A stretch of 64,000 bases of DNA from Nocardioides sp. (GTDB lineage: Bacteria > Actinomycetota > Actinomycetes > Propionibacteriales > Nocardioidaceae): contig JBPPMQ010000158.1 in NCBI GenBank assembly GCA_051306135.1, positions 429 to 64,428 of the forward strand, in the 5' to 3' direction. Both the position numbers and the translations under genes were made by a program. Of the stretch, positions 17,379 through 31,245 are shown piece after piece. The notes under the pieces are model-generated. The model did no database searches and was not told the DNA's origin. It was given only the letters and a program-made list of their open reading frames with translations. How positions within the stretch are numbered: position 1 is the first letter of the stretch; the number at the start of each line of letters is the position of its first letter.

Positions 17379-19942
17379 TTCGCGACCAGGCCCAACTCAG
17401 CCGACGCCGCGAGACGGTCGTGGCGCGGGACAACCCGCACGGTGTATCCGAAGGGCCCGGCCTTGGTCAGGTCCACCGATCCCGCGAAGCAGTATCGGCC
17501 ACCGTCGTAGGACTCGACCGGCTGCAGTGCCACCAGGGTCGGAGCGCTCAGCTGGTCGGCGTCGGTGACGCGGCCGTAGACCAACTCGACGGCCACGTCG
17601 GCTGGGGACAACTCGCCGAGGGCCACGAACGAACGCACTGCCAAGGTGCCACCGACTTCGGGGTTGTCCCCCAGACCGCTGCCTTCGACGTGCTCCACCC
17701 GAACCGCGGGCCACGCCGATCGGACCGAAGCCTTCCAATGGGCGAGCTCGGCGGCGCCGGCGTAGCCGCCGTTGATGGCTCGCGCTGTCGCTGATGCGGG
17801 GGTATAGAGCTGACGGACGTAGTCAGCCATCATCCGGCTGGCCAGCACCTTCGGCCCCAAGGTGCGAAACGTGTGGCGCAGCATGTCGACCCACCCGGCC
17901 GGCACGCCGTCCCGGTCCCGGTCGTAGAAACGCGGAGCAACCTGGGTCTCGATGAGGTCATAGAGCGACCCGGCTTCGAGTGCGTCGCGGCGGTCAGCAT
18001 CCTCCACACCGTCGGCGGAGGCAATGGCCCAGCCGTTGTGCCCGTCGTACCACTCGTCCCACCAGCCGTCGAGAATGGACAGGTTGAGCCCGCCGTTGAG
18101 GGCGGCCTTCATGCCTGAGGTGCCGCAGGCCTCATAGGGGCGCAGCGGGTTGTTCAGCCAGACATCGCAGCCGGGATACAGCGGCTGGGCCAGCGAGATG
18201 TCGTAGTCGGGCAGGAACACGATCCGGTGCCGGACCTCGGGGTCGTCGGCGAACCGCACCATCTGCTGGATCAACTGCTTGCCGCCCTCGTCGGCCGGGT
18301 GGGCCTTGCCCGCGATGATCAACTGCACCGGACGTTCGGGGTCCAACAGCAATGCCTTGAGGCGCTCCGGGTCGTGCAGCATCAGGGTGAGCCGCTTATA
18401 GGAGGGCACCCGGCGCGCGAACCCGATGGTGCAGATGTCAGGTGAGAGGACGTCGTCGATCCAGCCGAGTTCGCCGGGCACTGCCCCCCGGAGCAACCAG
18501 GCGTGCCGCAACCTGTCCCGGGCGTGGTCGACCAGCCGGGAGCGCAGGTCGCGCTTGACCGACCACAGTTGGTCGGCGGGCACCCGGTCGGCCGCGGCGA
18601 AGAAGTTCTCCGGGTCTTGGGAACCCGGGTCGGCACCGTGCTCGGCGGCCAACGCGAAGATTTCCGGCGCCACCCAGGTGGGGGCGTGTACGCCGTTGGT
18701 GATCGAGGTGATGGGCACCTCGGCCTCGTCGAAGGCCGGCCACAGCCCGTTGAACATCTGCCGGGAGACGTGACCGTGCAACTGGGAGACGCCGTTGGCG
18801 CGCTGAGCCAATCGAAAACCCATCACCGCCATGTTGAAGACTGAGGGATCGCCGCCGTGGTAGTCCTCGTGGCCCAAGGCCAGGATCCGGTCGGTCGGGA
18901 CGCCGGGCGTCACCCCACCTTCGGCGAAGTGCTGCTCGATCAGGCTCGTCGGAAACCGGTCGATGCCGGCCGGGACCGGGGTGTGGGTGGTGAACACCGT
19001 GGAGGCGCGGGTGACCTCGATCGCAGTCTCGAGGTCGAGCATCGGGCCTTCGGTGGTCAGCTCCCGAATTCGCTCCAGGCCCTGGAAGCCGGCGTGGCCT
19101 TCGTTGGTGTGGTAGACCTCCGGCGCCGGTGCGCCGGTGATGCGTGACCAGGTCCGCAGCGCCCGCACGCCGCCGATGCCGAGCAGGATCTCTTGACGCA
19201 ACCGGTGCTCGGTGGTGCCGCCGTAGAGGCGGTCGGTGACCTCGACCATGGCAGCCGAGTTCGACTCCACGTCGGTGTCCATCAACAGCAGCGGCACCCG
19301 GCCGACCTGGGCAACCCAGATCCGCGCGTGCAACTGCGCTCCACCGGGCATGGCGATCGTGATGGTGGCCGGCGTGCCGTCGGCTTCGCGCAACGCCGAG
19401 ATGGGCAAGCCGTCGGGGTCGAGGACCGGGTAGGTCTCCTGCTGCCAACCGTCCAGAGAAAGCGACTGGGTGAAGTAGCCGTGCCGGTAGAGCAACCCGA
19501 CCCCGACGATCGGCACCCCGAGGTCGCTGGCGGCCTTGAGGTGGTCGCCGGCCAGGATGCCCAGCCCCCCGGAATATTGGGGCAGCACCGAGGTGATGCC
19601 GAACTCGGGGGAGAAATAGGCGATGGAGCCCGGTGCCTCGGGCCCCTGGTCCTGGAACCAGAGGTCCCGGGAGAGGTAGTCGTCCAGGCTTTCACGCTGC
19701 CGCGCCAGTCGGGAGAGGAAGGCGTCGTCGTCGGTCAATTGGGCCAGACGCTCGGCCGAGACCCCTCCGAGGAGCGCGATCGGATCGTGTCCGCCGGCCG
19801 CCCACAGGTCGGGGTCCACCGAGGCGAACAGCTCTTGATCGGCCGGGTGCCAGCACCAGCGCAGGTTCGCTGCAATGGTGCCCAGATCGGCCAACGGCTC
19901 CGGCAGGACCGGACGGACGATGAATCGTCGAATCGCATGCAC
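17372..19942 (-). CDS. glgP: Alpha-glucan family phosphorylase (GlgP type)
   Basis: 856 aa with IAYFS.EFG...LP.YSGGLGILAGDH and the pyridoxal-Lys region EACGTSGMKAALNG. Confidence 0.93.
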   Translation of the reverse strand: MHAIRRFIVRPVLPEPLADLGTIAANLRWCWHPADQELFASVDPDLWAAGGHDPIALLGGVSAERLAQLTDDDAFLSRLARQRESLDDYLSRDLWFQDQGPEAPGSIAYFSPEFGITSVLPQYSGGLGILAGDHLKAASDLGVPIVGVGLLYRHGYFTQSLSLDGWQQETYPVLDPDGLPISALREADGTPATITIAMPGGAQLHARIWVAQVGRVPLLLMDTDVESNSAAMVEVTDRLYGGTTEHRLRQEILLGIGGVRALRTWSRITGAPAPEVYHTNEGHAGFQGLERIRELTTEGPMLDLETAIEVTRASTVFTTHTPVPAGIDRFPTSLIEQHFAEGGVTPGVPTDRILALGHEDYHGGDPSVFNMAVMGFRLAQRANGVSQLHGHVSRQMFNGLWPAFDEAEVPITSITNGVHAPTWVAPEIFALAAEHGADPGSQDPENFFAAADRVPADQLWSVKRDLRSRLVDHARDRLRHAWLLRGAVPGELGWIDDVLSPDICTIGFARRVPSYKRLTLMLHDPERLKALLLDPERPVQLIIAGKAHPADEGGKQLIQQMVRFADDPEVRHRIVFLPDYDISLAQPLYPGCDVWLNNPLRPYEACGTSGMKAALNGGLNLSILDGWWDEWYDGHNGWAIASADGVEDADRRDALEAGSLYDLIETQVAPRFYDRDRDGVPAGWVDMLRHTFRTLGPKVLASRMMADYVRQLYTPASATARAINGGYAGAAELAHWKASVRSAWPAVRVEHVEGSGLGDNPEVGGTLAVRSFVALGELSPADVAVELVYGRVTDADQLSAPTLVALQPVESYDGGRYCFAGSVDLTKAGPFGYTVRVVPRHDRLAASAELGLVANA

Positions 19943-20005
19943 GGGTTCGACGTTACCCAGTTGTGCCCGATTTTGGAACGATCCAACAGAATTGCTTCGG
20001 CCAAT

Positions 20006-20023
20006 ACGTGACGTCGGTCACGT
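20006..20023. promoter_or_regulatory. Candidate operator palindrome ACGTGAC-GTCG-GTCACGT in the divergent glgP / membrane-protein-glgE promoter region
   Basis: Perfect 7-bp inverted repeat read directly. Its function is not established. Confidence 0.3.
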
Positions 20024-20120
20024 TATGTGGTGCACTGTGTCCCACACAAAACTGCTCCGCTGCGAGCCTGCTCCCACCCGAACCTGCAGTGGGTTCGCCC
20101 GGATTCTGAGAGGATCGACG

Positions 20121-20963
20121 ATGTCGGAAACCACGCTGACTGGGCGGGAGACCGCACCGCTGGTGCGAATCATGTTGGTTCTCACCGGTGGAGCTGCCGG
20201 GTTCATCGGACTCATCTTGTTCCTGGGCAGTTCGATCACGGACGACAACTTCGCCTGGCCGCTCACCAGCCCGGTCACCTCGGTGATCCTGGGCGCCGGA
20301 TTCGTCGGAGCAGTGCCGCTGCTGTGGTGGAGCGCGACCAAGATCCTGTGGGAACAACTGCGGGTCTGTATGGCGGCGTCCACGATCCTGACGGTGCTGC
20401 TGTCGGCGATCACCCTCGCCGATCTGGGCCATACCAGCGCAAGCGGTGGCGACCTGGTCCCCTACCTCCTCGCGCTGGCCTGGGTCATCGGAGTGACCCT
20501 GCTGGCCCTGGGCAACCTCCTCGCGCTGGTGGTTCAGTTCCGCGAGCCCGCGCTGCCCCTGCCCCGCACGGCTCCGATCCCTCGTTGGGCCGTCGCGCTG
20601 GTTTCGTTGGAAGGCTCGGGTTTGCTCATCGTCGGCGGCGCGCTTCTGATCGAGCCGAACTTCTGGCGAGGGCTGCTGCCCTGGCAGGTCGGCGCCTTCG
20701 ACGCACGGATGCTCGGCGCCTGGGGGGTCACGCTCGGAGTAACCCTGCTGATCGCGCTGATCGAGGACGATCTGCTTCGGGTCAAGCCCGGCCTGCTCGG
20801 AGCCGCAGGCATCGGAGCCCTGGGCCTGGTCGGCCTGGCCTGGCGGTCCGCAGACATCACCTGGGGGAACTGGGCTTCCACCCTGACAGTGGTGCTGATC
20901 GGAGGCCTGTTCGCCACCGGGGCGATCGGCTGGAGACTGGCCCGAGTGCCGACGAAAGTCTAA
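20121..20963 (+). CDS. Uncharacterised polytopic membrane protein (about 8 TM helices, apparent 4+4 internal duplication)
   Basis: 280 aa from ATG 20121. Hydrophobic helices run throughout. NFAWPL..SVILGAGFVG in the first half matches NFWRGLLPW..RMLGAWGVT in the second. It ends 67 bp upstream of glgE on the same strand. Confidence 0.6.
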   Translation: MSETTLTGRETAPLVRIMLVLTGGAAGFIGLILFLGSSITDDNFAWPLTSPVTSVILGAGFVGAVPLLWWSATKILWEQLRVCMAASTILTVLLSAITLADLGHTSASGGDLVPYLLALAWVIGVTLLALGNLLALVVQFREPALPLPRTAPIPRWAVALVSLEGSGLLIVGGALLIEPNFWRGLLPWQVGAFDARMLGAWGVTLGVTLLIALIEDDLLRVKPGLLGAAGIGALGLVGLAWRSADITWGNWASTLTVVLIGGLFATGAIGWRLARVPTKV

Positions 20964-21030
20964 GCGACGCGACCCTGAGGACCCGTCGCGACAGAGCGGC
21001 CTGAAACATCGGCCCGATAGGGTTGCAGAC

Positions 21031-23006
<1,976 letters not shown>

Positions 23007-23010
<4 letters not shown>

Positions 23011-24269
23011 CGGCGACGCCGGTCTCCTCCATCCTGGCCGGGGCGGTCGACGAGGCTGCCCGGCGGCTCGGACCGGTGGCACGGCGCACCAGCCTGGAGT
23101 TGCACCAACGCCTCAGTGACGCAGTCGGGGCCGAGGTGTGGCTCAAACGCGAAGACCAGCAGGTGGTGCGGTCCTACAAGGTGCGCGGTGCCTACAACTT
23201 CATCGCTCAGGTCGCCGAGGAGGCCACCGAGCAGGGCGTGGTCTGCGCCAGCGCCGGGAACCACGCCCAGGGTGTGGCCTGGGCGTGCCGGGCCCTGTCG
23301 ATTCCCGGACGCATCTATCTGCCGCGCACCACTCCCCGACAAAAGCGTGAGCGAATCCGTGATCTCGGCGGCGACTGGATCCAGATCGTCGTCACCGCAG
23401 AGACCTACGAGGACGCCTCGAGGGCCGCCAGCGCTCACAGCGCCGACACCGGCGCCATCCTGGTGCCCGCGTTCGATGACCCGCGCACCATCGCCGGCCA
23501 GGGCACCGTGGCCCGCGAGATCATCGAACAGCTCGGTCGGGTGCCGGACCGCATCATCGTCCCGGTCGGCGGCGGTGGCCTGATCGCCGGGATGGCCAGC
23601 TGGCTGCGCGAGCATCGGCACCGGGTCGAGATCATCGGGGTCGAACCCGCCGGAGCCGCCTCGATGGCGGCCGCCCTAGCTGCCGGCGGCCCGGTCCCGC
23701 TGGCCACCGTGGACTCCTTCGTCGACGGTGCCGCCGTTCGCACTGCCGGTAGTCACACCTTCCCGATCGTGCGCGACCTGGTCGACCGGATGGTCAGTGT
23801 CAGCGAGGGACGGGTCTGCTCGGAGATGCTGTCGCTCTACCAGCGCGACGGCATCGTCACCGAGCCGGCCGGCGCCCTGGCGACCGCCTCTCTGGGCGAG
23901 GTCGTGCACCCACGGCCCGGTGAAACGATCGTATGCGTCGTGTCCGGCGGCAACAACGACGTCTCTCGCTACAGCGAGGTGATCGAACGTTCGTTGGTCT
24001 ACGAAGGCCTCAAGCACTACTTCCTGGTCGAGTTCCCCCAGGAACCGGGAGCGCTGCGGGTGTTCCTGTCAGACGTGCTCGGACCCGACGACGACATCAC
24101 CTTGTTCGAATACGTCAAGCGCAACAACCGGGAGACCGGTCCGGCCCTGGTGGGCATCGAACTCGGGGCGGCCGACGACCTCGATGCGTTGTTGGCGCGG
24201 ATGACGGACTCGCCCTGCACAGTGCGACGCATCGAGCCCGACGATCCGATGTTCGGCTTCCTCCAGTAG
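23007..24269 (+). CDS. ilvA: Threonine ammonia-lyase (short, single ACT-like domain form)
   Basis: LKREDQQVVRSYKVRGAYN (PLP lysine motif), SAGNHAQG and VSGGNND. The GTG start overlaps the glgE stop (GTGA). Confidence 0.9.
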
Positions 24270-24332
24270 CGCCCCGACGCCGCTGAGACTGGCCCGCCGG
24301 CGTGGTTCGACCCCGTCGGTAGGGTGGTCTTC

Positions 24333-26056
<1,724 letters not shown>

Positions 26057-26057
<1 letters not shown>

Positions 26058-27319
26058 TGTCTGTCCCTGCCAGCGCACTGGCCTCGATCTACACCTATCT
26101 GGACCACGCTCGCTGGTTCGGTGGGAAGGGACGCGGCGGGCAGGTGACCGGGGTGCGGGTGCTCACCGAGATCGGACCGGCCACCGTGTATGCGGTCGAA
26201 GTGGCTTACCCCGACGGCGACACCGACCTGTACCAGGTGCCGATGATCTTCTCCGCCGAACCGATCGAAGGCCTCGACCATGCCTTCGTCGGCTGGTGGG
26301 AGGACTCCGAACGGGGCTGGGTGCACGCCTACGACGCCGTCCATGACCGCGACGCCATCTCGGCCTGGCTCCCTGAGGTCGATGCTGTGCCCTCGGTGTT
26401 CTCGGGCGAACAGTCCAACACCACGGTCTTCTTCGGCGAAGACGCGGTGCTGAAGGTCTTTCGTCGCCTCGTTCCAGGAACCAACCCCGACGTGGAGATC
26501 CATCGGGCGTTGACCGACGCCGGGTCGACCCACGTGGCGCACCTGATCGGTTCGATCGAGGCCGAGGGCTACACCCTCGCCATGGCCCAACAGTTTCTGC
26601 GTACCGCCACCGACGGCTGGGAGGTGGCTCGGGCCAGTGCCCGCAACCTGCTCGCCGATCCACTGCTGAGGCCGGCAGAGTCCGGCGGCGACTTCGCCAG
26701 CGAGGCCGCTCGGCTGGGCGAGTCACTGGCGCAGGTCCACCTGGTGCTGGCCGCCGAGTTCGGCACCGGCACGGCCGACGCCTCGGCGATCGCCTCCCAG
26801 ATGACCACACGTCTGGACGACGCTGTCCGGATGGTGCCCGAACTGGCCGCCCACGAGGCAACCGCGCGCGCCGCCTTCGAGGCGCTGGCAAGCCTGGCCG
26901 ACGTGCCGGTGCAGCGTGTCCACGGCGACCTACATCTGGGACAGACGATGCGCACCTCGCTGGACTGGAAGTTCGTCGACTTCGAGGGTGAGCCACTCAA
27001 GACGCTTCAGGAACGGGTCACCCTCGATTCGGTCTGGCGCGACGTCGCCGGGATGCTGCGCTCCTTCGAGTATGCCGGCGCCGTGGTGGCCCGCAACTCG
27101 GTCGAGCCCGATGCCGCCGAGCATGCCGCGTCCTGGGCGCGACGCAACCAGCGGGCGTTCGTGGCCGCCTACGCTCCCGGCGGCCTCTCGGAGTCCGAGA
27201 TGGTTCTGCTGACCGCCTACGTGGTCGACAAACTCATCTACGAGGTGATCTACGAGGCGCACAACCGGCCCGGGTGGATCGACATCCCCCTCGCTGGCCT
27301 GACCAACCTCCCCGCGTGA
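26057..27319 (+). CDS. pep2: Maltokinase (Pep2/Mak)
   Basis: RWFGGKGR N-terminal cap motif and the kinase-like HGDLHLGQ...DFEGEP. The ATG overlaps the treS stop (TGATG). Confidence 0.85.
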
Positions 27320-27332
27320 GCCGCCCGCTAGG

Positions 27333-29297
27333 GTGGGACAGATGAAGCCCGGAGCACTCGACCTCCACCTGATCGCCGAAGGCCGCCACGAGGAGTTGTG
27401 GAAGGTCTTAGGCGCCCACCCGGGACCCGACGGCACCGATTTCGCCGTCTGGGCCCCCAACGCCTTGGAGGTCCAGGTCGTCGGAGACTTCAACAACTGG
27501 GACGGCTCCCGGTTGCCGTTGCACCAGATCGGTTCCGGAGTCTGGCACGGCGCCAGCCCCGAGGCCGGGCAGTGGTCGACATACAAGTTCCGGATCAGGG
27601 GCGCCGACGGGGTGTGGCGCGACAAGGCCGACCCGCTCGCCTTCCACGCCCAGACCCCGCCGGAGACCGCCAGCAGAGTCTTCGAGAGTTCCCACCTCTG
27701 GGGCGACGAAGACTGGATGTCCTCGCGGCCGGCACACCTGAACGACCGGCCGATGGCGATCTACGAGGTGCATCTGGGAAGCTGGCGCCGGGGGCTCGAC
27801 TATCGCGGGCTCGCCGACGAGCTCGTCGGCTACGTGCGCGACCTGGGCTTCACTCATGTCGAGTTGATGCCGGTCATGCAGCACCCGTTCGGCGGGTCGT
27901 GGGGCTACCACGTCACGTCCTACTTCGCACCGGACTCCCGCTTCGGCTCCCCCGACGACCTGCGCCTGCTGATCGACTCCTTCCACCAGGCCGGCATCGG
28001 CGTCATCCTGGACTGGGTGCCGGGCCACTTCGCCACCGACGACTGGGCGCTGGCCAACTTCGACGGGACCGGCCTGTATGAGGACCCCCGCGGCATGCAC
28101 CCGGAGTGGGGATCCTACGAGTTTCACCTCAGCCGCTGGGAGGTGCGCAACTTCCTGGTCGCGAACGCCAACTACTGGCTCAGTGAGTTTCATGCCGACG
28201 GGCTGCGGGTCGACGGGGTGGCGAGCATGCTCTACCTCGACTACGGCCGCAACGACGGCGAGTGGCAGCCCAACATGTTCGGCGGCCGGGAGAACCTCGA
28301 CGCGGTGCAGTTCCTCCAGGAGCTCAACGCCACCGTCTACAAACTGCACCCCGGCATCAGCGTCATCGCCGAGGAGTCCACGTCGTGGCCCGGCGTCACC
28401 CGGCCCACCGACCACGACGGGTTGGGGTTCGGCTTCAAGTGGAACATGGGCTGGATGCACGACACCCTGGACTACCTGCACCGCGACCCGATCCACCGCC
28501 GTTTCCACCACCACGAACTCACCTTCTCCTTGACCTATCAGTGGTCGGAGAACTTCGTGCTGCCGATCTCCCACGACGAGGTCGTGCACGGCAAGGGGTC
28601 GCTGCTGCGCAAGATGCCGGGCGACCGGTGGCAGCAGTTGGCCAACCTGCGAGCCGCGCTGGGGTTCATGTGGGCCCACCCCGGCAAGAAGTTGCTGTTC
28701 ATGGGTTGCGAGTTCGGCCAGGAGTCCGAGTGGGCCGAGTCACGCGAACTCGACTGGTGGCTTCTCGATCATCCCGAGCATCGCGGCATGGCCGATCTGA
28801 TGCGGCGACTCAACCAGATCTACTCCGACGCCGACGCGTTGTGGGCGTTGGACGGGTCCCCGGACGGCTTCAGTTGGATCGACGCCGACGACGCGGACCG
28901 GTCGACCTACTCCTTCGTGCGTCGAGGCAATGGTGAACAGATGGTCTGCGTGACCAACCTTGCCGGCATACCGCACAGCAACTTCGAGTTGCGGCTGCCC
29001 AGCGACGGGGTATGGGACGAAGTGCTCAACACCGACGCCCACGAATACGGCGGCTCGGGCGTGGGGAACCTGGGTTCGGTCACCGCGGTCGACGGCAGGG
29101 CGACCATCGTGGTGCCGCCGTTGGCGACGCTGTGGCTACGTCCCGCTGCGAAGTCCGCCACCCAACTCGACGGGACCCTCGAGCCTGTCCGAGCGGCGGC
29201 CATCGAGCCGGTGGCCTCGCCGGTAGAGCCGGTAGAGCCGGTAGAGCCGGTGGCCTCGCCGGTAGAGACCGCTGGTCGCGTCGAGGTGGTCGAGTGA
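27333..29297 (+). CDS. glgB: 1,4-alpha-glucan branching enzyme
   Basis: LGAHP...FAVWAPNA (CBM48) plus the GH13 motifs [29 protein letters not shown] and [12 protein letters not shown]. The C-terminal tail is a low-complexity EPV repeat. Confidence 0.93.
   Translation: MGQMKPGALDLHLIAEGRHEELWKVLGAHPGPDGTDFAVWAPNALEVQVVGDFNNWDGSRLPLHQIGSGVWHGASPEAGQWSTYKFRIRGADGVWRDKADPLAFHAQTPPETASRVFESSHLWGDEDWMSSRPAHLNDRPMAIYEVHLGSWRRGLDYRGLADELVGYVRDLGFTHVELMPVMQHPFGGSWGYHVTSYFAPDSRFGSPDDLRLLIDSFHQAGIGVILDWVPGHFATDDWALANFDGTGLYEDPRGMHPEWGSYEFHLSRWEVRNFLVANANYWLSEFHADGLRVDGVASMLYLDYGRNDGEWQPNMFGGRENLDAVQFLQELNATVYKLHPGISVIAEESTSWPGVTRPTDHDGLGFGFKWNMGWMHDTLDYLHRDPIHRRFHHHELTFSLTYQWSENFVLPISHDEVVHGKGSLLRKMPGDRWQQLANLRAALGFMWAHPGKKLLFMGCEFGQESEWAESRELDWWLLDHPEHRGMADLMRRLNQIYSDADALWALDGSPDGFSWIDADDADRSTYSFVRRGNGEQMVCVTNLAGIPHSNFELRLPSDGVWDEVLNTDAHEYGGSGVGNLGSVTAVDGRATIVVPPLATLWLRPAAKSATQLDGTLEPVRAAAIEPVASPVEPVEPVEPVASPVETAGRVEVVE
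29205..29267 (+). repeat. In-frame 9-bp-unit tandem repeat ([21 protein letters not shown]) in the glgB tail
   Basis: Repeated GAGCCGGTA/GAGCCGGTG units, read directly. Confidence 0.8.
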
Positions 29298-30043
29298 GCC
29301 GACCGGTGCGGATCGCCAGCGTCACCGCGGGGGTCGCCCGGATCGAGTGGGACCCCGACACTGCGGTGGCTGCGGTCGCTGCTGTGGTAGCCGAGGCGCT
29401 CGTCGAGCACGGCCGAGTCGAGGCCTGGGTCGACCCTGACGAGCGCGCGGAGTTGCGCACCGCCGCCTGGTCGGGGCTGCGCCGCGAGGGGGTGGCCCGA
29501 GGGGTCGCCGCTGGCGCCGACCGGGTGGTCTATGCCCGTCTTGCCCGCGATCCCGCGCCGGACCAGCCAGAAGGCTTCCGCAGTCTGCTCAACTCGTTCC
29601 TGCCGCGCAAACGGGCCATCACCCAGTTGTTGATCCGCGACACTGGCGGTCGGGTGCTGGTGTGCGAACTGACCTACAAGGCTGACTGGGACCTGCCTGG
29701 TGGCGTGGTCGAAGTCGGTGAGTCGCCCCGCGATGCGGCGTCTCGTGAGGTGAGCGAAGAGCTCTCCCTCGAGGTGCCGGCCGGTGAGTTGCTGCTGACC
29801 GACTGGCTGCCGGCCTGGTCCGGCTGGGACGACGCGTTGTGCCTGGTCTGGGACGGCGGTGTGCACGATGCCTCCTTCATCGACCCGGCGGTCCTAGAGG
29901 CCAAAGAGATCGCGGCGGTGCATTGGTGCAGTCCAGACGAGATTCGCGAGCACTGTGCCGACTTCACCGCTCGCCGCATCGAGGCCGCACTGGCCCGGGT
30001 GGCCGGCAGCGGTCAGCCCTACACCGAATCTGGTCGTTCCTGA
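29294..30043 (+). CDS. NUDIX hydrolase with an N-terminal extension of about 100 aa
   Basis: Nudix box [26 protein letters not shown]. The GTG start overlaps the glgB stop (GTGA). Confidence 0.8.
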   Translation: MSRPVRIASVTAGVARIEWDPDTAVAAVAAVVAEALVEHGRVEAWVDPDERAELRTAAWSGLRREGVARGVAAGADRVVYARLARDPAPDQPEGFRSLLNSFLPRKRAITQLLIRDTGGRVLVCELTYKADWDLPGGVVEVGESPRDAASREVSEELSLEVPAGELLLTDWLPAWSGWDDALCLVWDGGVHDASFIDPAVLEAKEIAAVHWCSPDEIREHCADFTARRIEAALARVAGSGQPYTESGRS

Positions 30044-30059
30044 GCCTGCGGTGCCGCCA

Positions 30060-30103
30060 CTGCGCCGCCTCTGCGCCACCACTGCGCCACCACTGCGCCA
30101 CCG
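30060..30103. repeat. Four tandem 11-bp units (CTGCGCCACCA-like)
   Basis: Read directly. It lies immediately downstream of the Nudix stop and upstream of array C. Confidence 0.8.
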
Positions 30104-30109
30104 GCCCAA

Positions 30110-30264
30110 TCACTGACGCTGTGGTCGCCCGACAGCCGCCGCCGGCCCAATCACTGACGCTGTGGTCGCCCGACAGCCGCCACCGGCCCAATCACTGACG
30201 CTGTGGTCGCCATTTGGCGATATGACGACCACACCGTCAGTGATTGAGGCGCAAACGTCAGTGA
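30110..30264. repeat. Motif array C: three direct copies of TCACTGACGCTGTGGTCG (30110, 30151, 30192; 41-bp period), a loop, then two inverted copies (30226-30243 and 30251-30264)
   Basis: Read directly. It belongs to the same motif family as arrays A and B and sits between the convergent Nudix and EamA genes. Confidence 0.9.
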
Positions 30265-31170
30265 TCAGGAGTGGTTGACGGCACGATCGGAGCCCAGCCG
30301 CCGACGACTGGGCATCGAGACGACACTCTGGGCGATCAGGACGCCGAACACGAGCGGCACTCCCCCGGCAACCTCCGGACCGTTGGGCACCTCACCCAGG
30401 CAAAGCCACGCAGTCAGGATGCCAGTGGGCGGCACCAGCATCGTCCACGGCACCACCACGGCCGACGGGTAACGCGCCAGCAACGTGTTCCAGATCCCGT
30501 AACCCACGAACGACGCCAGCACTGCGGTATAGGCAGTCGACAACGCGGCCTGCCAGCCGAAACTGGACAGTCCGTCCGCCATCGCGTTCGGGCCGTCCAC
30601 CACCAGTGAGAGCAGCACCAGCGGGATCGGCACCACGGTGGCCGACCATATCGTCAGTGACAGCCCGCCGGGAACCTTCGCCGCCCGGGCGACCACGTTG
30701 CCCGAGGCCCAACACAGCGCTGCCAACAGGCACAGACCCAACGCCGCGAGCGGGATGTGGCCGCTCCGGCCGCCGGCGACCACGATCAGCCCGATCGCGC
30801 CGATGCTGACACCGACAACCTGCGGCACCGTCGGACGCTCGCGCAGTATGCCGGCCGCAATGACGATCGTGAACACCACTTGCGCCTGGAGCACCAGGGA
30901 CGCCAACCCGGCCGGCATACCGGCATGCATGGAGACATAGAGGAACCCGAACTGCCCCAGGCTCATCAACGACCCGACGGCAGCGATCACCCACCACGGA
31001 GCATCCGGCTTAGGCACCAAGAAAAGGACCGCAGGCAGCGCCACGATGACGAACCGGATCGCCACGAACAGCAGCGGGGGAACCCCGGGCATGCCCCACT
31101 CGATGACGACGAAGTTGAACCCCCAGATGATCGGCACCACCATCGCCAACAGGCGGTCGCGCGAGGTCAT
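30265..31170 (-). CDS. EamA/DMT family transporter
   Basis: 301 aa, about 10 TM helices, with two EamA-like halves. Confidence 0.85.
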   Translation of the reverse strand: MTSRDRLLAMVVPIIWGFNFVVIEWGMPGVPPLLFVAIRFVIVALPAVLFLVPKPDAPWWVIAAVGSLMSLGQFGFLYVSMHAGMPAGLASLVLQAQVVFTIVIAAGILRERPTVPQVVGVSIGAIGLIVVAGGRSGHIPLAALGLCLLAALCWASGNVVARAAKVPGGLSLTIWSATVVPIPLVLLSLVVDGPNAMADGLSSFGWQAALSTAYTAVLASFVGYGIWNTLLARYPSAVVVPWTMLVPPTGILTAWLCLGEVPNGPEVAGGVPLVFGVLIAQSVVSMPSRRRLGSDRAVNHS

Positions 31171-31245
31171 CGGCAGACCCGGGCTCGCCGCGGGCTGGCG
31201 TCTTCGGCCGACGCAGCGGCCACCGTGTCGAACGGCGGAAACGGC

